Assembly (NCBI GenBank): GCA_002269645.1 | Contig: NIVC01000512.1 | Span: 203,967 to 267,966, forward strand | DNA: 64,000 bases | Reading direction: 5' to 3' | Source of the DNA: Macrostomum lignano | Lineage: Eukaryota | Part shown: one piece after another, positions 1 to 11,304 of the stretch | Layout of the letters: each line of letters begins with the position of its first letter | How positions within the stretch are numbered: position 1 is the stretch's first letter | The notes under the pieces: model-generated | The model's input: the letters and a program-made list of their open reading frames with translations, nothing else | Told to the model about the DNA's origin: nothing | Databases searched by the model: none | Program-made: the position numbers and the translations under genes

Positions 1-180
1 TTTCGACCTTATGAAGTTTCGAGCTTATGAAGTTTCGAGATTATGAAGTTTCGAGCTTGTGAAGTTTCGAGATTATGAAGTTTCGAGTTTATGAAGTTTC
101 GAGATTATGAAGTTTCGAGTTTATAAAGTTTCGGGCTTGTGAAATTTCTAGTTTATGAAATTTTGAGATTATGAGTTGTT
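1..180. repeat. Minisatellite, ~19-bp unit (TTATGAAGTTTCGAGC-like), degenerating rightwards
   Basis: About 9 visible tandem copies; truncated by the window start. Confidence 0.9.
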
Positions 181-372
181 TTTTTGCTAGATTTATCGAA
201 TTAGTGAAATTTTAGAATTGCGTCAACACTCGAACATACCCCATATAAAAAGGTCACAACGCATGCCCCCCCCCCTGGGTGTTCGGGTGTAAAGGTGTAA
301 AGAAACACCGGATGAGTTAGGGGACATACATACTCAACGCGGAGATACCACTCTGGACAGTCATGCCCTGTC

Positions 373-1591
373 GTTGGTTGCGGGACAGTGTTGGTTGCGG
401 GACAGTGTTGGTTGCGGGACAGTGTTGGTTGTGGGACAGTGTTGGTTGCGGGACAGTGTTGGTTGCGGGACAGTGTTGGTTGTGGGACAGTGTTGGTTGC
501 GGGACAGTGTTGGTTGCGGGACAGTGTTGGTTGTGGGACAGTGTTGGTTGCGGGACAGTGTTGGTTGCGGGACAGTGTTGGTTGCGGGACAGTGTTGGTT
601 GTGGGACAGTGTTGGTTGCGGGACAGTGTTGGTTGTGGGACAGTGTTGGTTGTGGGACAGTGTTGGTTGTGGGACAGTGTTGGTTGCGGGACAGTGTTGG
701 TTGTGGGACAGTGTTGGTTGTGGGACAGTGTTGGTTGTGGGACAGTGTTGGTTGCGGGACAGTGTTGGTTGCGGGACAGTGTTGGTTGTGGGACAGTGTT
801 GGTTGTGGGACAGTGTTGGTTGCGGGACAGTGTTGGTTGTGGGACAGTGTTGGTTGCGGGACAGTGTTGGTTGTGGGACAGTGTTGGTTGTGGGACAGTG
901 TTGGTTGCGGGACAGTGTTGGTTGTGGGACAGTGTTGGTTGCGGGACAGTGTTGGTTGTGGGACAGTGTTGGTTGTGGGACAGTGTTGGTTGCGGGACAG
1001 TGTTGGTTGTGGGACAGTGTTGGTTGTGGGACAGTGTTGGTTGTGGGACAGTGTTGGTTGCGGGACAGTGTTGGTTGTGGGACAGTGTTGGTTGTGGGAC
1101 AGTGTTGGTTGTGGGACAGTGTTGGTTGCGGGACAGTGTTGGTTGTGGGACAGTGTTGGTTGTGGGACAGTGTTGGTTGCGGGACAGTGTTGGTTGTGGG
1201 ACAGTGTTGGTTGCGGGACAGTGTTGGTTGTGGGACAGTGTTGGTTGTGGGACAGTGTTGGTTGCGGGACAGTGTTGGTTGTGGGACAGTGTTGGTTGTG
1301 GGACAGTGTTGGTTGTGGGACAGTGTTGGTTGCGGGACAGTGTTGGTTGTGGGACAGTGTTGGTTGTGGGACAGTGTTGGTTGTGGGACAGTGTTGGTTG
1401 CGGGACAGTGTTGGTTGCGGGACAGTGTTGGTTGTGGGACAGTGTTGGTTGTGGGACAGTGTTGGTTGCGGGACAGTGTTGGTTGTGGGACAGTGTTGGT
1501 TGTGGGACAGTGTTGGTTGCGGGACAGTGTTGGTTGCGGGACAGTGTTGGTTGCGGGACAGTGTTGGTTGCGGGACAGTGTTGGTTGTGGG
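373..1591. repeat. 17-bp minisatellite (GGGACAGTGTTGGTTG[C/T]), ~72 copies
   Basis: Near-perfect tandem array with one C/T variable site; explains five spurious 400-aa ORFs. Confidence 0.98.
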
Positions 1592-2440
1592 TATTCTGAC
1601 TTCAAGCGTTAGAATGCCCACAGCCCTCCTGCAGATTTAACTTAGATTCGCATCAGATGCAGGAGTTTTTAAGAAAGAATTGATGGAATTCCCCAAATTA
1701 GCTGTCACTGTGCCCTATTCCAGTTAGAGTTCGCTCTGCACAAGGAGAGTCTCCAGTATCGTTTAATTTGCACACACCTGGAAAGTAGAAATTCGAATAA
1801 AAAAGGAGCGGTAAAAAAGAGATAATTATAAACCTATAAAAACTTTTTCAGCGTGAAGGAATCGCGCGAATCGTTACAATAGAGCCAATTATAATCCTTA
1901 ATGCCCTCCTTACTGGCTCTTGCGCACGTTAGACCGAATCATTTTACAAGTACGAAGCCTTATAGCACAAAGCAAAGGCGGTGGTTTGTTTAGTTTTATT
2001 TATTGTTAACAAGATCATTACTGAAATGATGGACGGTTGGTTATTTAACGGTTGATTTGCGTGTATTTACTCTCAGTGTTTATCGCTGCAGAAGTTTCTA
2101 GAATGTTGTTCGCGATTATAGAAAATCGATTTTTATTTCCCATTATTCGAAAATAGCGTAAATTAGGTATTATTATTATTGCTTGAGTAAAATGTATTGC
2201 TGCGCAATAATTTGGAAAAATTAAGGTAAAAATATAAGTTAATAGAATGTTCTTGAAAATGGCAAAAATTATTAGAGAATTTTCTGGATTATTGCAAGCA
2301 CGCTACAGCCTCTGTACTTGCCATCAATATTTGGCAGAAAGAAGTAACTTGTTGAAGTTCTCTGAGGACTATATTGACAGATTGACCTGTAAGTGTGATG
2401 ATAAATGTTACAAATGGACCGTATAGTTTTCGCACAGCGT

Positions 2441-3226
2441 CTAGACATTCAGCGCGCAGTACAAGTACAGCGCCAACTCGTAGTCATCCTTGGGCAGCAT
2501 GCTGGTCAGCATATCCTTCTTCATCTTTAACCAGATCTTCTGATTAACGATGTGCGGATTCACTTCCGAGGGATTACGCAGCGGTTTATCGATGCTACGG
2601 CTGAAAAAGCGGTAGCGGTAGAGGTTGCCAGACCACTGCACGGTTCCGTTGTTTAGCTTGATCTTTCTGCCGTACATTAGGTTGGGCTCCCGAACTTCAA
2701 GTGCGATCAGACGCAGCACTTCCATGACGCCATTGTTGTCGATGTCCGTGGCGCACCGGCAGACATCCTTTGATGGCGGCGCTGACACCAGCTTGGCGTA
2801 CTCGACCGAAGCACCATGCCAAACCTCGTGCATGTGCAGGGCGTGGACGACCCGATCCAGCGTGTTGTACTCGCGGATGTCATAGTTGGGATTGTCCATG
2901 TGACTGAGGACGCGATCGAGAGCGCGCATGCCGGGAGTGGCAAACATGGGATCAATGGGAATGTCTGGGGCGTTGAAGAGAATCGCTTGGCCATCCTGCA
3001 GATTAGCGTTCACGGTCGGTATGGTGTTCGCTGAAGTCACGTCGGCCTTGAAGTAGAACTTCAGATCACCGACCGTCAGTGAGTGAATGCCGTGAGCCAC
3101 TAGACCAGGAAATCTCTCTGAAGCTCCGCCCTTCTGGAGAATCGCGGGGCAGTCGTTGGGTGGCGCCGCAACACACATGGTGACGGCAAGTGCCATCAGC
3201 AGGTGAAATACTATGACCTGGTGCAT
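2441..3226 (-). CDS. Intronless secreted protein (261 aa), uncharacterised, with two HxxH motifs and four Cys in the mature region
   Basis: Non-repetitive ORF; hydrophobic signal peptide (VIVFHLLMALAVTMCVA-A); motifs AHGIHS, VHALHMHE, CRC and C-terminal LYLYCALN; GC-rich codons against AT-rich flanks. Confidence 0.85.
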   Translation of the reverse strand: MHQVIVFHLLMALAVTMCVAAPPNDCPAILQKGGASERFPGLVAHGIHSLTVGDLKFYFKADVTSANTIPTVNANLQDGQAILFNAPDIPIDPMFATPGMRALDRVLSHMDNPNYDIREYNTLDRVVHALHMHEVWHGASVEYAKLVSAPPSKDVCRCATDIDNNGVMEVLRLIALEVREPNLMYGRKIKLNNGTVQWSGNLYRYRFFSRSIDKPLRNPSEVNPHIVNQKIWLKMKKDMLTSMLPKDDYELALYLYCALNV

Positions 3227-3586
3227 TGTGCTTCAGAAACAATGTTTGTAGACAGAAGTCAAATCTGTTCTGTCTCTTTGCAAAGTTGCCGCGCTGTATT
3301 TATAAGATTTCAATGACCTCGGACGCCCCACTCACCTCACAGTTGCATCAGGATTTGGCCTGCTGTTTTCAAAGCTGGTATCAGATAAATCAGTTAAAAA
3401 CAAGATAATGTAAGGTGTGTCAGGTGTTTTCGAAGTCCGTGTTTTCGATAGCTGCTTTCTCAGCCAGACTTTTATGAGCCTGACGCAAGCCTGTGTCAGG
3501 TGATAACAGCTATATGTTGTGAAATTTGTACTTTGTATAAAGATAAAGCTTCGCGAAGTCTGTTTTGCTGTTTTTGTTTACGATTA

Positions 3587-3660
3587 ACTGGGCAAGGTGT
3601 GAGGCCAGCAGCCCACTAACTGGGCAAGGTGTGAGGCCAGCAGCCCACTAACTGGGCTAG
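3587..3660. repeat. 32-bp tandem duplication (AACTGGGCAAGGTGTGAGGCCAGCAGCCCACT x2.4)
   Basis: Seen directly. Confidence 0.85.
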
Positions 3661-4009
3661 TGTTAAAGATACATTTAAATGAGAACACTAAACTGGTAGA
3701 CGTTAAGACAGTTCCTAACCCTAACTATCATCGCAAATTTGTGTGAGAGCAACATATCCACTATATGCAAATTACGCGTACGTTAACTTAAAACTAGAAA
3801 AATCGAGGACACGAAAGCCGAAAATAATACATAACTTGTAACTGTAGTACTAGCTTCAAGATTAATTTTTGCACAATCGAAGGACTGTCACGGTTGCACG
3901 ATAAGTCAAAATTCGTCAAAATTATCACATTAACAGTAGAACTACCAAGGGGAGGGGAAATTTCCCCCTCCCCTGACAATTTTATTACTGTGGCCGAACG
4001 GAGCACAAC

Positions 4010-4505
4010 GGAGCTGCTGACGGTCTTGATGCCGTCAGGACGATGACGAAAGGGCGGCCGGAGCCAAAAGATAGCACTTGGTTCTATACTATGCCCATGA
4101 ACGAGGGTTGACAAGGAAAACCGGTCATTATAGCATCTGGAGCGTCAACGTCACCCGGCGACATCCGCTGACGAACCCAACGGCGTCAGGATGGTTATGG
4201 AAGGGTTAGTGAGGTCAGAAGGAAGTCGATGGTGCTTTACTATGCCCATAAATGAGGGTTGACAAAGAAAATCGTTCATTGTAGCATCTAGGCCGCCAGC
4301 GTCACCCGGTGGCACCCGCTGACGGTCCAGACGGCGTCAGGGTGGTGACGGAAAGGTGGGTGACGTCAGAAGGTAGTCTGTGGTGCTATATTATGCCCAT
4401 GAGGGAGGGTTGACAAAGAAAATGGGCCATTCTAGCATCTGGGACTTCAGCGTCATCTGGTGGCATCCGCTGACGTTCCAGACGGCGTCAGGATGATGCC
4501 GGCAG
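4010..4505. repeat. Diverged ~150-bp tandem repeat (~3.3 units), each with a CTGACG...CGTCAG hairpin
   Basis: Recurring TATGCCCAT..GAGGGTTGACAA.GAAAA..TAGCATCT and CTGACG-N9/10-CGTCAGG blocks near 4085, 4240 and 4390. Confidence 0.8.
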
Positions 4506-5165
4506 GACATATACATTACTTGGTGCAGAAATGTCTATTGCTGTGCTCGCTTGTGAGGCTTGATCGATAAATTTTTGTATTTTTGCATCTGGTGCTTCAG
4601 GACCGCCTGGTGGCATCTGTTGAAAGTCCTGACGGTCCGTCCAGATGGTGGCTGATGGTCACTGGAGGTTGGCTGGAGGCAGGCACATGTGGCTGAGGTG
4701 TTGAGACTGCGGAAATACTTGCCAAGGCGATGGCTTGGTCGGTGTCGGGGTGTTCAAAATAGAAGTCAATGGGAAAATGGCGACCTTCTGGCAGAAACGT
4801 TGAATATCTCGACGGTCCGGGTAGTTGGCGACTCGGTCGATGCTCTATCTGATGCGCAACAAAATTTTAGCCCGTGCCCATGACTTTCGTGTGCCTGCGT
4901 TGCTTCGTTCGGCCACAGTAAAAAAATTATCTGGGGGGGGGAATTGGTACGAGTACGGGGAGGTGCGTTGGCACGATTGAAGGCCAACCCCCCCCCCCCC
5001 GACTTAGCATATTGACTGCATCTGCCCGAGTACACCCACCCCTCAGCTTGGCGGGCAGAGGCCAGAGGGTTTCAGTGCAGGTGTACTTGCAATCGCTGGC
5101 TGCGTGCTGATTGGGCCGCCACACTGCGGAGATCTGAAAAAAAAAATTATTACAAATATTTGCGT

Positions 5166-7036
5166 TGATGTGGACGCACTTTTTTTCCAAATCGCACACT
5201 CGCACATGGGTTCCAAACTTGCTAAGCCTACTTAACAGCAGGCATGGGCATTTTTCCCTTTTATGTAATTTTCCTAGAATTCATACTTGTAGTAATAATA
5301 ACATAGGCGCGGTTTTCAATACTTTTGGGACCAAAAATCATTGCTTGTGACCTGGTCTGACAGCCACCTGCGCCTCACTCAGTGTTGAGGCTGGCGCCAG
5401 ATGGTCTGAGAGGATGCGGGTGGTAGCTTTTTTCTCATCATTTTTGATGAGATTTCTCTTCAACATCTTTACTTTCAACTTGATAAGATCTTTCTAGCGT
5501 ATATTTTTTAAATTAATTTTTGTAATTCCTACGCGAAAGGTCATAAATCAAAATGTAGCGATTTTGAGTGATTTATGACCGCACCTGGCGTATTTTTATG
5601 GCCCCGAGGGAACTGACAGGATCTTTTGGTCACGTGAGCTTGGGTGGCAACAAGTTCAGCCAATCAGAAAATTCGACGTCGCGTCAGTTATAACAAATCG
5701 GCTCAGCCAATCAGAATCGAGGTGTTTCATTATAACAAATTGCGGTCCAGTTGGCGGCTATATAAACCGGTGTTTTTGGCCCGCTTGGACTCACTCCTTT
5801 TGGCGTCTCGGAATCTACTGTGGACTCCCAGGACTCGACCTATTCCGGAGTCACGACCGTCGTCTTTTGATCCCCGGATTGCGACAACACCCCTCATCAT
5901 CAAGGACGAGTCCCCCCGGTCGACGGCATCGATCATTGATGTTAAGATCATCACCTGCTAGCTATCTTCGAAGATTGTGTGACATCGTCATCCCGGGCGC
6001 CTACAGCTGCGAAGCACTAAGCCGAATTGGTCACTGTGGATTACCTGGTCTTCGGTTGTTGAGTTTCTGATTGGTTGGGTGAGAGGCTATCTAGACTTGC
6101 TTGAATGGGTGATTCCTTATCAGTCCCCTATTTCAGTAGCTGGATTAGGCGCACACTTTTGCTCATTTTGTTCGGTAGTGCTGTTATTGAGGCAGAAATC
6201 ATTCAATAATACTGCTAGTAGTCTGATTGCTCCAATTCAGTCTGAAGTGAGAAGTGATTCAGTGAGAAGGTTAAATCTGAAAGTTGTTTTTATCGGTTTG
6301 TTTTTTTTTGTTCGCCGATGGCTCAGATGAGTAGCTAAGCTAGTTGGTGCCGGTCACAGTGAACCAATGGCAAGGCGGTTCTCAGTCGATCAATCTATCC
6401 AATCAGTGAGCAAAATTGCCAATAGTGCAAAATCGGTGCTAGAGATGTTCTTCTGTGCACTCTCTAGAATCGCCAAGCGGCTCGGGTGGTGAATCATGCG
6501 GTCTCTGAAGTTCGAGTTAGTCTATTAATTATCAGAGCTACGAGAGGCTGGTTGGCGCGTTGAAGGCCGAAAGTACAATTCCTCGTATTTCCTCCCATAT
6601 TCATCCCATAGGCTCGCCTTTGCAAGAATCCCCTTCAAAAGTCCCCTCTGTACCTCCATAGCCAATGCGATCAAGTCCGAGCAGTGTCCCTTATCATCGG
6701 CTATGACTTCGAGATTGACAGCAAAAAGACACTAGTTGGCAGGTAAGTGCTGAAGCCCCCTCTAGTCGGAAGCCCGATTTCGAGAGTTCCGGTTTGGTGA
6801 ACCAGAACGCACAGGCTGGTGGCAGCGGGTTAGTTAATCTGCGGATTAGCTGATCTCTACCTTCAAAATTCTCCCTGCTTGTCTCTCGCTGTCCCTCTCT
6901 TAGCTATAGGACCTAGACTGCTCGCCACAGATCAAGCTACCTCGGGGCTGACCATCTGACAGGAGTGGGGGGCCAGGACTCTAATTGATTCATTTCTGGC
7001 TTCTCTCCAAGAAGCCGAAAAGGCCGAAACCCGTCA
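5166..7036 (+). mobile_element. Solo LTR, copy A (~1.87 kb)
   Basis: Colinear homolog of 11305-13223; TGATG...CGTCA termini; CCAAT, CCAAT, TATATAAA promoter module; flanks GCGT/CGTG give only an imperfect TSD. Confidence 0.7.
5655..5770 (+). promoter_or_regulatory. Pol II promoter-like module in LTR A (CCAAT x2 then CTATATAAA)
   Basis: AGCCAATCAG near 5657 and 5705, TATATAAA near 5760; conserved in copy B (11943-12048) with one CCAAT mutated. Confidence 0.55.
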
Positions 7037-8949
7037 CGTGATTAGAATATAATTAAACAGAAAATAGATTAGCAAGTAGAAGGGAGTATCTGTTCTTTTT
7101 AAGTTACGAGCGTATTGACTTAATACGCTTGGGGGGTATCATGAAAGAAAGAATTAAAATCTACAAAGGTTATAAAACTAAAAATAAAAATAAATTGTCA
7201 ACCTAGAGTGCAGACACACTGCTGCATGCCATATCGTGCATCATCCTCACTGATTCGCACCAAAGTTTTCATACGCAACCGAATCAAGTTGCTTGATCGA
7301 TTCGAATTTCATCCGCTCCGAGTCAGGTCTTGACTAAACTCGCACGCCATGTGCAGGGCGTTTTAGGTAGCAAAGGCGTTAAGGATCCGTTAAGGAAGAT
7401 ATTAGTCAAGAAAAATCGCGAATTTTTATGAAGAACCTCTCGCGTTTCTTTCCTCCTCATCCGTCCTCATTTATCTCGTTTTGCCCCGCAGTTCTCTCGA
7501 CTTAGCAGCTGGCTAAATTGCGAAGCAACCTGCAGCTTTTCGCTTAAGCCTATAGCGAAATACAAAGGGAAATCTTAATACTGACGATGGAAAATTCTCG
7601 GAGGCCCGCGGGCGTCATCGCCTCGTCGCGTGACTTCCGGGATCTCCACGGAGGAGCGTTTTCGCCTGCGGGCATCTCTCGAAGAGATAAATCTTCACAT
7701 ATCTTCCATTTCATTAGCTAATTAATTAAAGGTATTTTCCATAGAATTTCACATTTTAGAATTACTTTGATTATGGGGATGGAAGCATTCGATGAGTTAA
7801 TTAAGTTAAGGGAGTTCTCGCTTTCAGTGAAAGAGGGTGATACAGGCTCAGGACAAATTGAGGTTGCAGAGCAGCAATCTCTGTTATTATATTGGTGTGA
7901 AGTCCTGCCTGTACTTCCCCCGCCTTCTGCAGGGCCCTGCTTGGACTCAACTTGGCTCAACTTGGCCAGCTGTCACTCCAGGGAAAGATCCTTTACTCAG
8001 GGCATGCAGGCTCACAATTACCTCGGCCCAAGCCCGGGCCTTTTCGATGTTTTCAGGCCCAAGAATCTCTGCCAGCTCGTCCGCTACCGAAGGGCTACCT
8101 GGCGAGCGACAATCCACCTCCTGGACTCTCCGGAGGCGGCCGGGCTACGTATACTTGTATTAAACTTTACGGCTTCTTGGCTTTAGGGTCTCCTTATAGG
8201 GACCGAAAGTGCTTTGCGATCTCCGACCCGGGCGATCGCAACTCAGCTTGGGGTCTCCGAATGTGATAAAAAACTATAAGGTTTGTTTTATGATATCCGG
8301 TCCCTCTGTGGAGATCGGATCTCCCTGCGCAACACCGCAGCACCAGCTGCCCGTGGTCTCCAGGGGTTTTCGGAATTGGCGTCGACGCCTCTCCGCTGTA
8401 TCCGGATGCCCGGAGCCCCCTGCAGCTGAGTCAAAGTAAGTCAAGCCGTTCTTGCAGGCGAGTTTGAGTGCAGACAAGCCCTCTACTTGCCGCTGGCAAA
8501 CTGTCTTTGTGGTAAAATAAATGAATCTACATGTAAGAATATTTTGTTCAGTTTATTAACACGTCGGATTGAGGTTTGACCTGCAATGCAATTTCAACAA
8601 CGTCTAATTAGTAGATGGTTAGCAGTTGATGTAAATTTATTTAAGATAATTTCATCAAACTACAGCAAGCATATTGATTGTTTTTGATGCTGTACATGTA
8701 CAGCGAGCAAAGTCTGTCAAAGCTCGCTCTATGGCTACTTAGGATACGAAACCGTTACAATGGTTGAACAATTTAATTGTTTGTCGTTGTAGGGGCAGTG
8801 TCAGAGTTTGGGTGAGAGAACAGTCAACTTGAAGAGGAAACCTGTTTGCAAGCGCAAATACGACTCAAATCGAATGGTTGCATGACCTGCTCAACTTCTA
8901 TCACCGACAGAGAAATGAAAGGGGGTAAAACGACATGCACAGTGAGAAA

Positions 8950-10074
8950 TCACGGATGAAAACTCCCCTCCGAGTTCACTGGCGCCTGGCATCGCTGAGA
9001 ACCCTCGCCGATTGCATTCGTGTCCGAACTTGCCTTTTTATTTAGACACCTTAATCCGGTGCCGGTGGTACCTGGACGAGCGGCTGCAGTGGCTGCGGCA
9101 GCTGCTGCTGTTGCAGCGGCAGCGCCCGCACCCTCCTGACTGCCACAGCAGCAGACGTTGGCTCGGAAAGTTCGGCTGCACAGCAGCAGCACGCAGAAGT
9201 TCAGACAGGAGTTGACCGGGACAAAGGCGAAGCTCCAGGCGACGGGCAACACCAGGCGGTCCAAAGTAGCCAGCAGCATCTGTGGACCTTGGTCGACTAC
9301 TTCGGCTGCGAGTACGCGGCCGACGGTCAGCAACTGCAGGCCAACGAAGGGGAACTCGAGGACCGCGAAGCCGAGAGACAGCAGCAGAACCATGCGGCAG
9401 CTGCGCTGCAGATTCTGATGGTGGAAGGCCTGCCGGTGGAGGGCCAGGGCCGTGCGAGTCCCCAGAGCAACGATGCAGAATCCGGGAGCCAGGGTGCCCG
9501 CGGCCGCCATCAGGGCGAAGCGAACCATCCCCGGCTGCAGCAACTCTCGAACCGTGGCGTTGCTTCCGTCGTCGCCGCCGCTGGTCAAGAAGCTGGAATT
9601 GACGATTGTTTCGCTGACGCACACGAAGCCGACGCCGGCGGCCACAATGACAACAACGGCGACGATTTGCCATCGGCAGCCGAGTCGGCAGAGTCCGCCG
9701 GATCTGCCAGCGGCGCTGCCGCTGCTGAATGGCTTCAGCACGGCGGCTGTGCGGCAGGCTGTGAGCGCCAGCAGCCACCAGTTTCTGATTACGTGCATCG
9801 AGTGGAAGGCCAATTCGAGGCTGGCTGGGCCGCCCAGCTGAGTGAGCAGAAGGTGCAGCGCCAGAGTCACGTTGAGGGCGATCTCCGCACACGCCAGAAC
9901 CAGCAGGCCGTTGTTAGTGCGGCCGCCGTTGGCGCCTCGGCGCCTGCAACGTTGCCCGACAGTGGCGAGGAGCAAGAAGGCGTTGAGGCCACAGCCGAGC
10001 ACAGAGGCTGACAGGGTGGTGCACCAGGCGGCCAAATCGAGAATACTTGGTTCAAAATCCGATTCCGCCTCCAT
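8950..10074 (-). CDS. Intronless class A (rhodopsin-like) orphan GPCR, 374 aa
   Basis: About seven hydrophobic segments; TM1 GxxxN (GCGLN); TM3 end ACRT in place of DRY; TM6 LEFP; TM7 NSCLNF followed by SRTFR helix 8 and a Cys cluster. Confidence 0.85.
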   Translation of the reverse strand: MEAESDFEPSILDLAAWCTTLSASVLGCGLNAFLLLATVGQRCRRRGANGGRTNNGLLVLACAEIALNVTLALHLLLTQLGGPASLELAFHSMHVIRNWWLLALTACRTAAVLKPFSSGSAAGRSGGLCRLGCRWQIVAVVVIVAAGVGFVCVSETIVNSSFLTSGGDDGSNATVRELLQPGMVRFALMAAAGTLAPGFCIVALGTRTALALHRQAFHHQNLQRSCRMVLLLSLGFAVLEFPFVGLQLLTVGRVLAAEVVDQGPQMLLATLDRLVLPVAWSFAFVPVNSCLNFCVLLLCSRTFRANVCCCGSQEGAGAAAATAAAAAATAAARPGTTGTGLRCLNKKASSDTNAIGEGSQRCQAPVNSEGSFHP

Positions 10075-10459
10075 GGTTGAACGTCGTCTTGCTGATTAAG
10101 ATACACATTGAGGCGTCCTTTATGCTCCCTTTGCTGTCGGGCGGGGGGGGGGGCTACGCTCTCAGGCCTGACTGGCTCGCATTGGACGGCCGCGCTGGAG
10201 AAGAAACTCTCAATCTTCGCCGTCCATTTCAGTCTCGACGTTTCCGGTCTGCCAGCATTTAGCCAAGGCGATCTGGCGCTGGAATCTGGTTCGAGGTAGC
10301 CCTCATTTTGATAGGCGAATTTCTGCCTCATCCATTTATAGTCTGTGTCTTTATTCTCAGGGCTCCAAGTGGTGGCTCACAGTTTTGTCTAGTCGTGGAA
10401 GTAAAAACAGTATACAAAGTAAAAACAGTATGTTTCGTGCTCATGAAAATCATGTAAAT

Positions 10460-10869
10460 CAGGGGTTGGCAACTTTTCATCTCAGGGCCAGATATAGAGA
10501 ACCTAGGGCATAGCTGCGGACCAGAGGGAAGTAAGGAGAGGAAATAGAGAAGATATGAGAATGGAGGGCGGAATAAAGGAGACGAGAGGAGAGGAGAGGA
10601 AATATTAAATCGAAGAGGGGAGAGGAGAGAGAAAAGATTAGAAAGGAACGGAGAGAAGAGAGGAGAGATGAGAATAGATGAGAGAGAAGCGGGGAGGAGA
10701 AATGATAGAGGAGAGAGTGGAGAGAAGAGAGAGGAAAGAAGGGAGAGGGAGAGGAGATTAGAAGAGAAGTGAGTTGAGAAGATCAGACACCAACATTGAG
10801 CGGGCCGGATTGCTATTGTGAAGTTTCGAAGGACCCGAGGGCCGGATAGAGAGGCTTTGCCGACCCCTA
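10460..10869. mobile_element. hAT (Charlie-like) MITE with AG-rich core
   Basis: TIRs CAGGGGTTGGCAA / TTTGCCGACCCCTA; 8-bp TSD ATGTAAAT / ATGTAGAT; same family as 36502-36726. Confidence 0.85.
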
Positions 10870-11304
10870 ATGTAGATGGACACTAAACTTATGCCGCATT
10901 AAAAATTATCATTCAAATTAACATCTCACCTTCTGAACTTCGATCCTTTCATAAGTTCATCCAAATGCATGCAGCATATACGCTCGTATTAGATTTGAAA
11001 AATAATGTTGAAGACCGTACATGCAGTTGTGTGCTCTCTTAGCACGGTTGAAGCCGCGCTGAGAATGTCTATGACCAAAAGCCCCCCCCCCTGATTCAGT
11101 CCAGATCCATGCAGCGAGGCGATTGGCCTCGGAGAAAGGCCTCTGTTACAAACCCAGGACGTTACATCTGCCACCGCTACCAGCTGACATGTACGGATTC
11201 TTTGCATAAAACTTCCAATTCAAAGACAAAAAAAGCTTTGCAATTTTCTCTTTGTTTTTGTTATGTGGCACTATGGAGTCGGAGTCATATTGATTTGGTA
11301 AATG

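Noticed and set aside
255-360. Possible relative of the Ngaro 5' end (C-run followed by TGGGTG..GGGTGT)
   Set aside because: Similarity to 61660-61700 is short and low-complexity; not supportable without alignment
317-1640. Five overlapping 400-aa ORFs
   Set aside because: All arise from a stop-free 17-bp tandem repeat; no coding evidence
9038-10011. Long alternative-frame and antisense ORFs over the GPCR (284 aa, 240 aa)
   Set aside because: Expected shadows of GC-rich codon usage; no domain features
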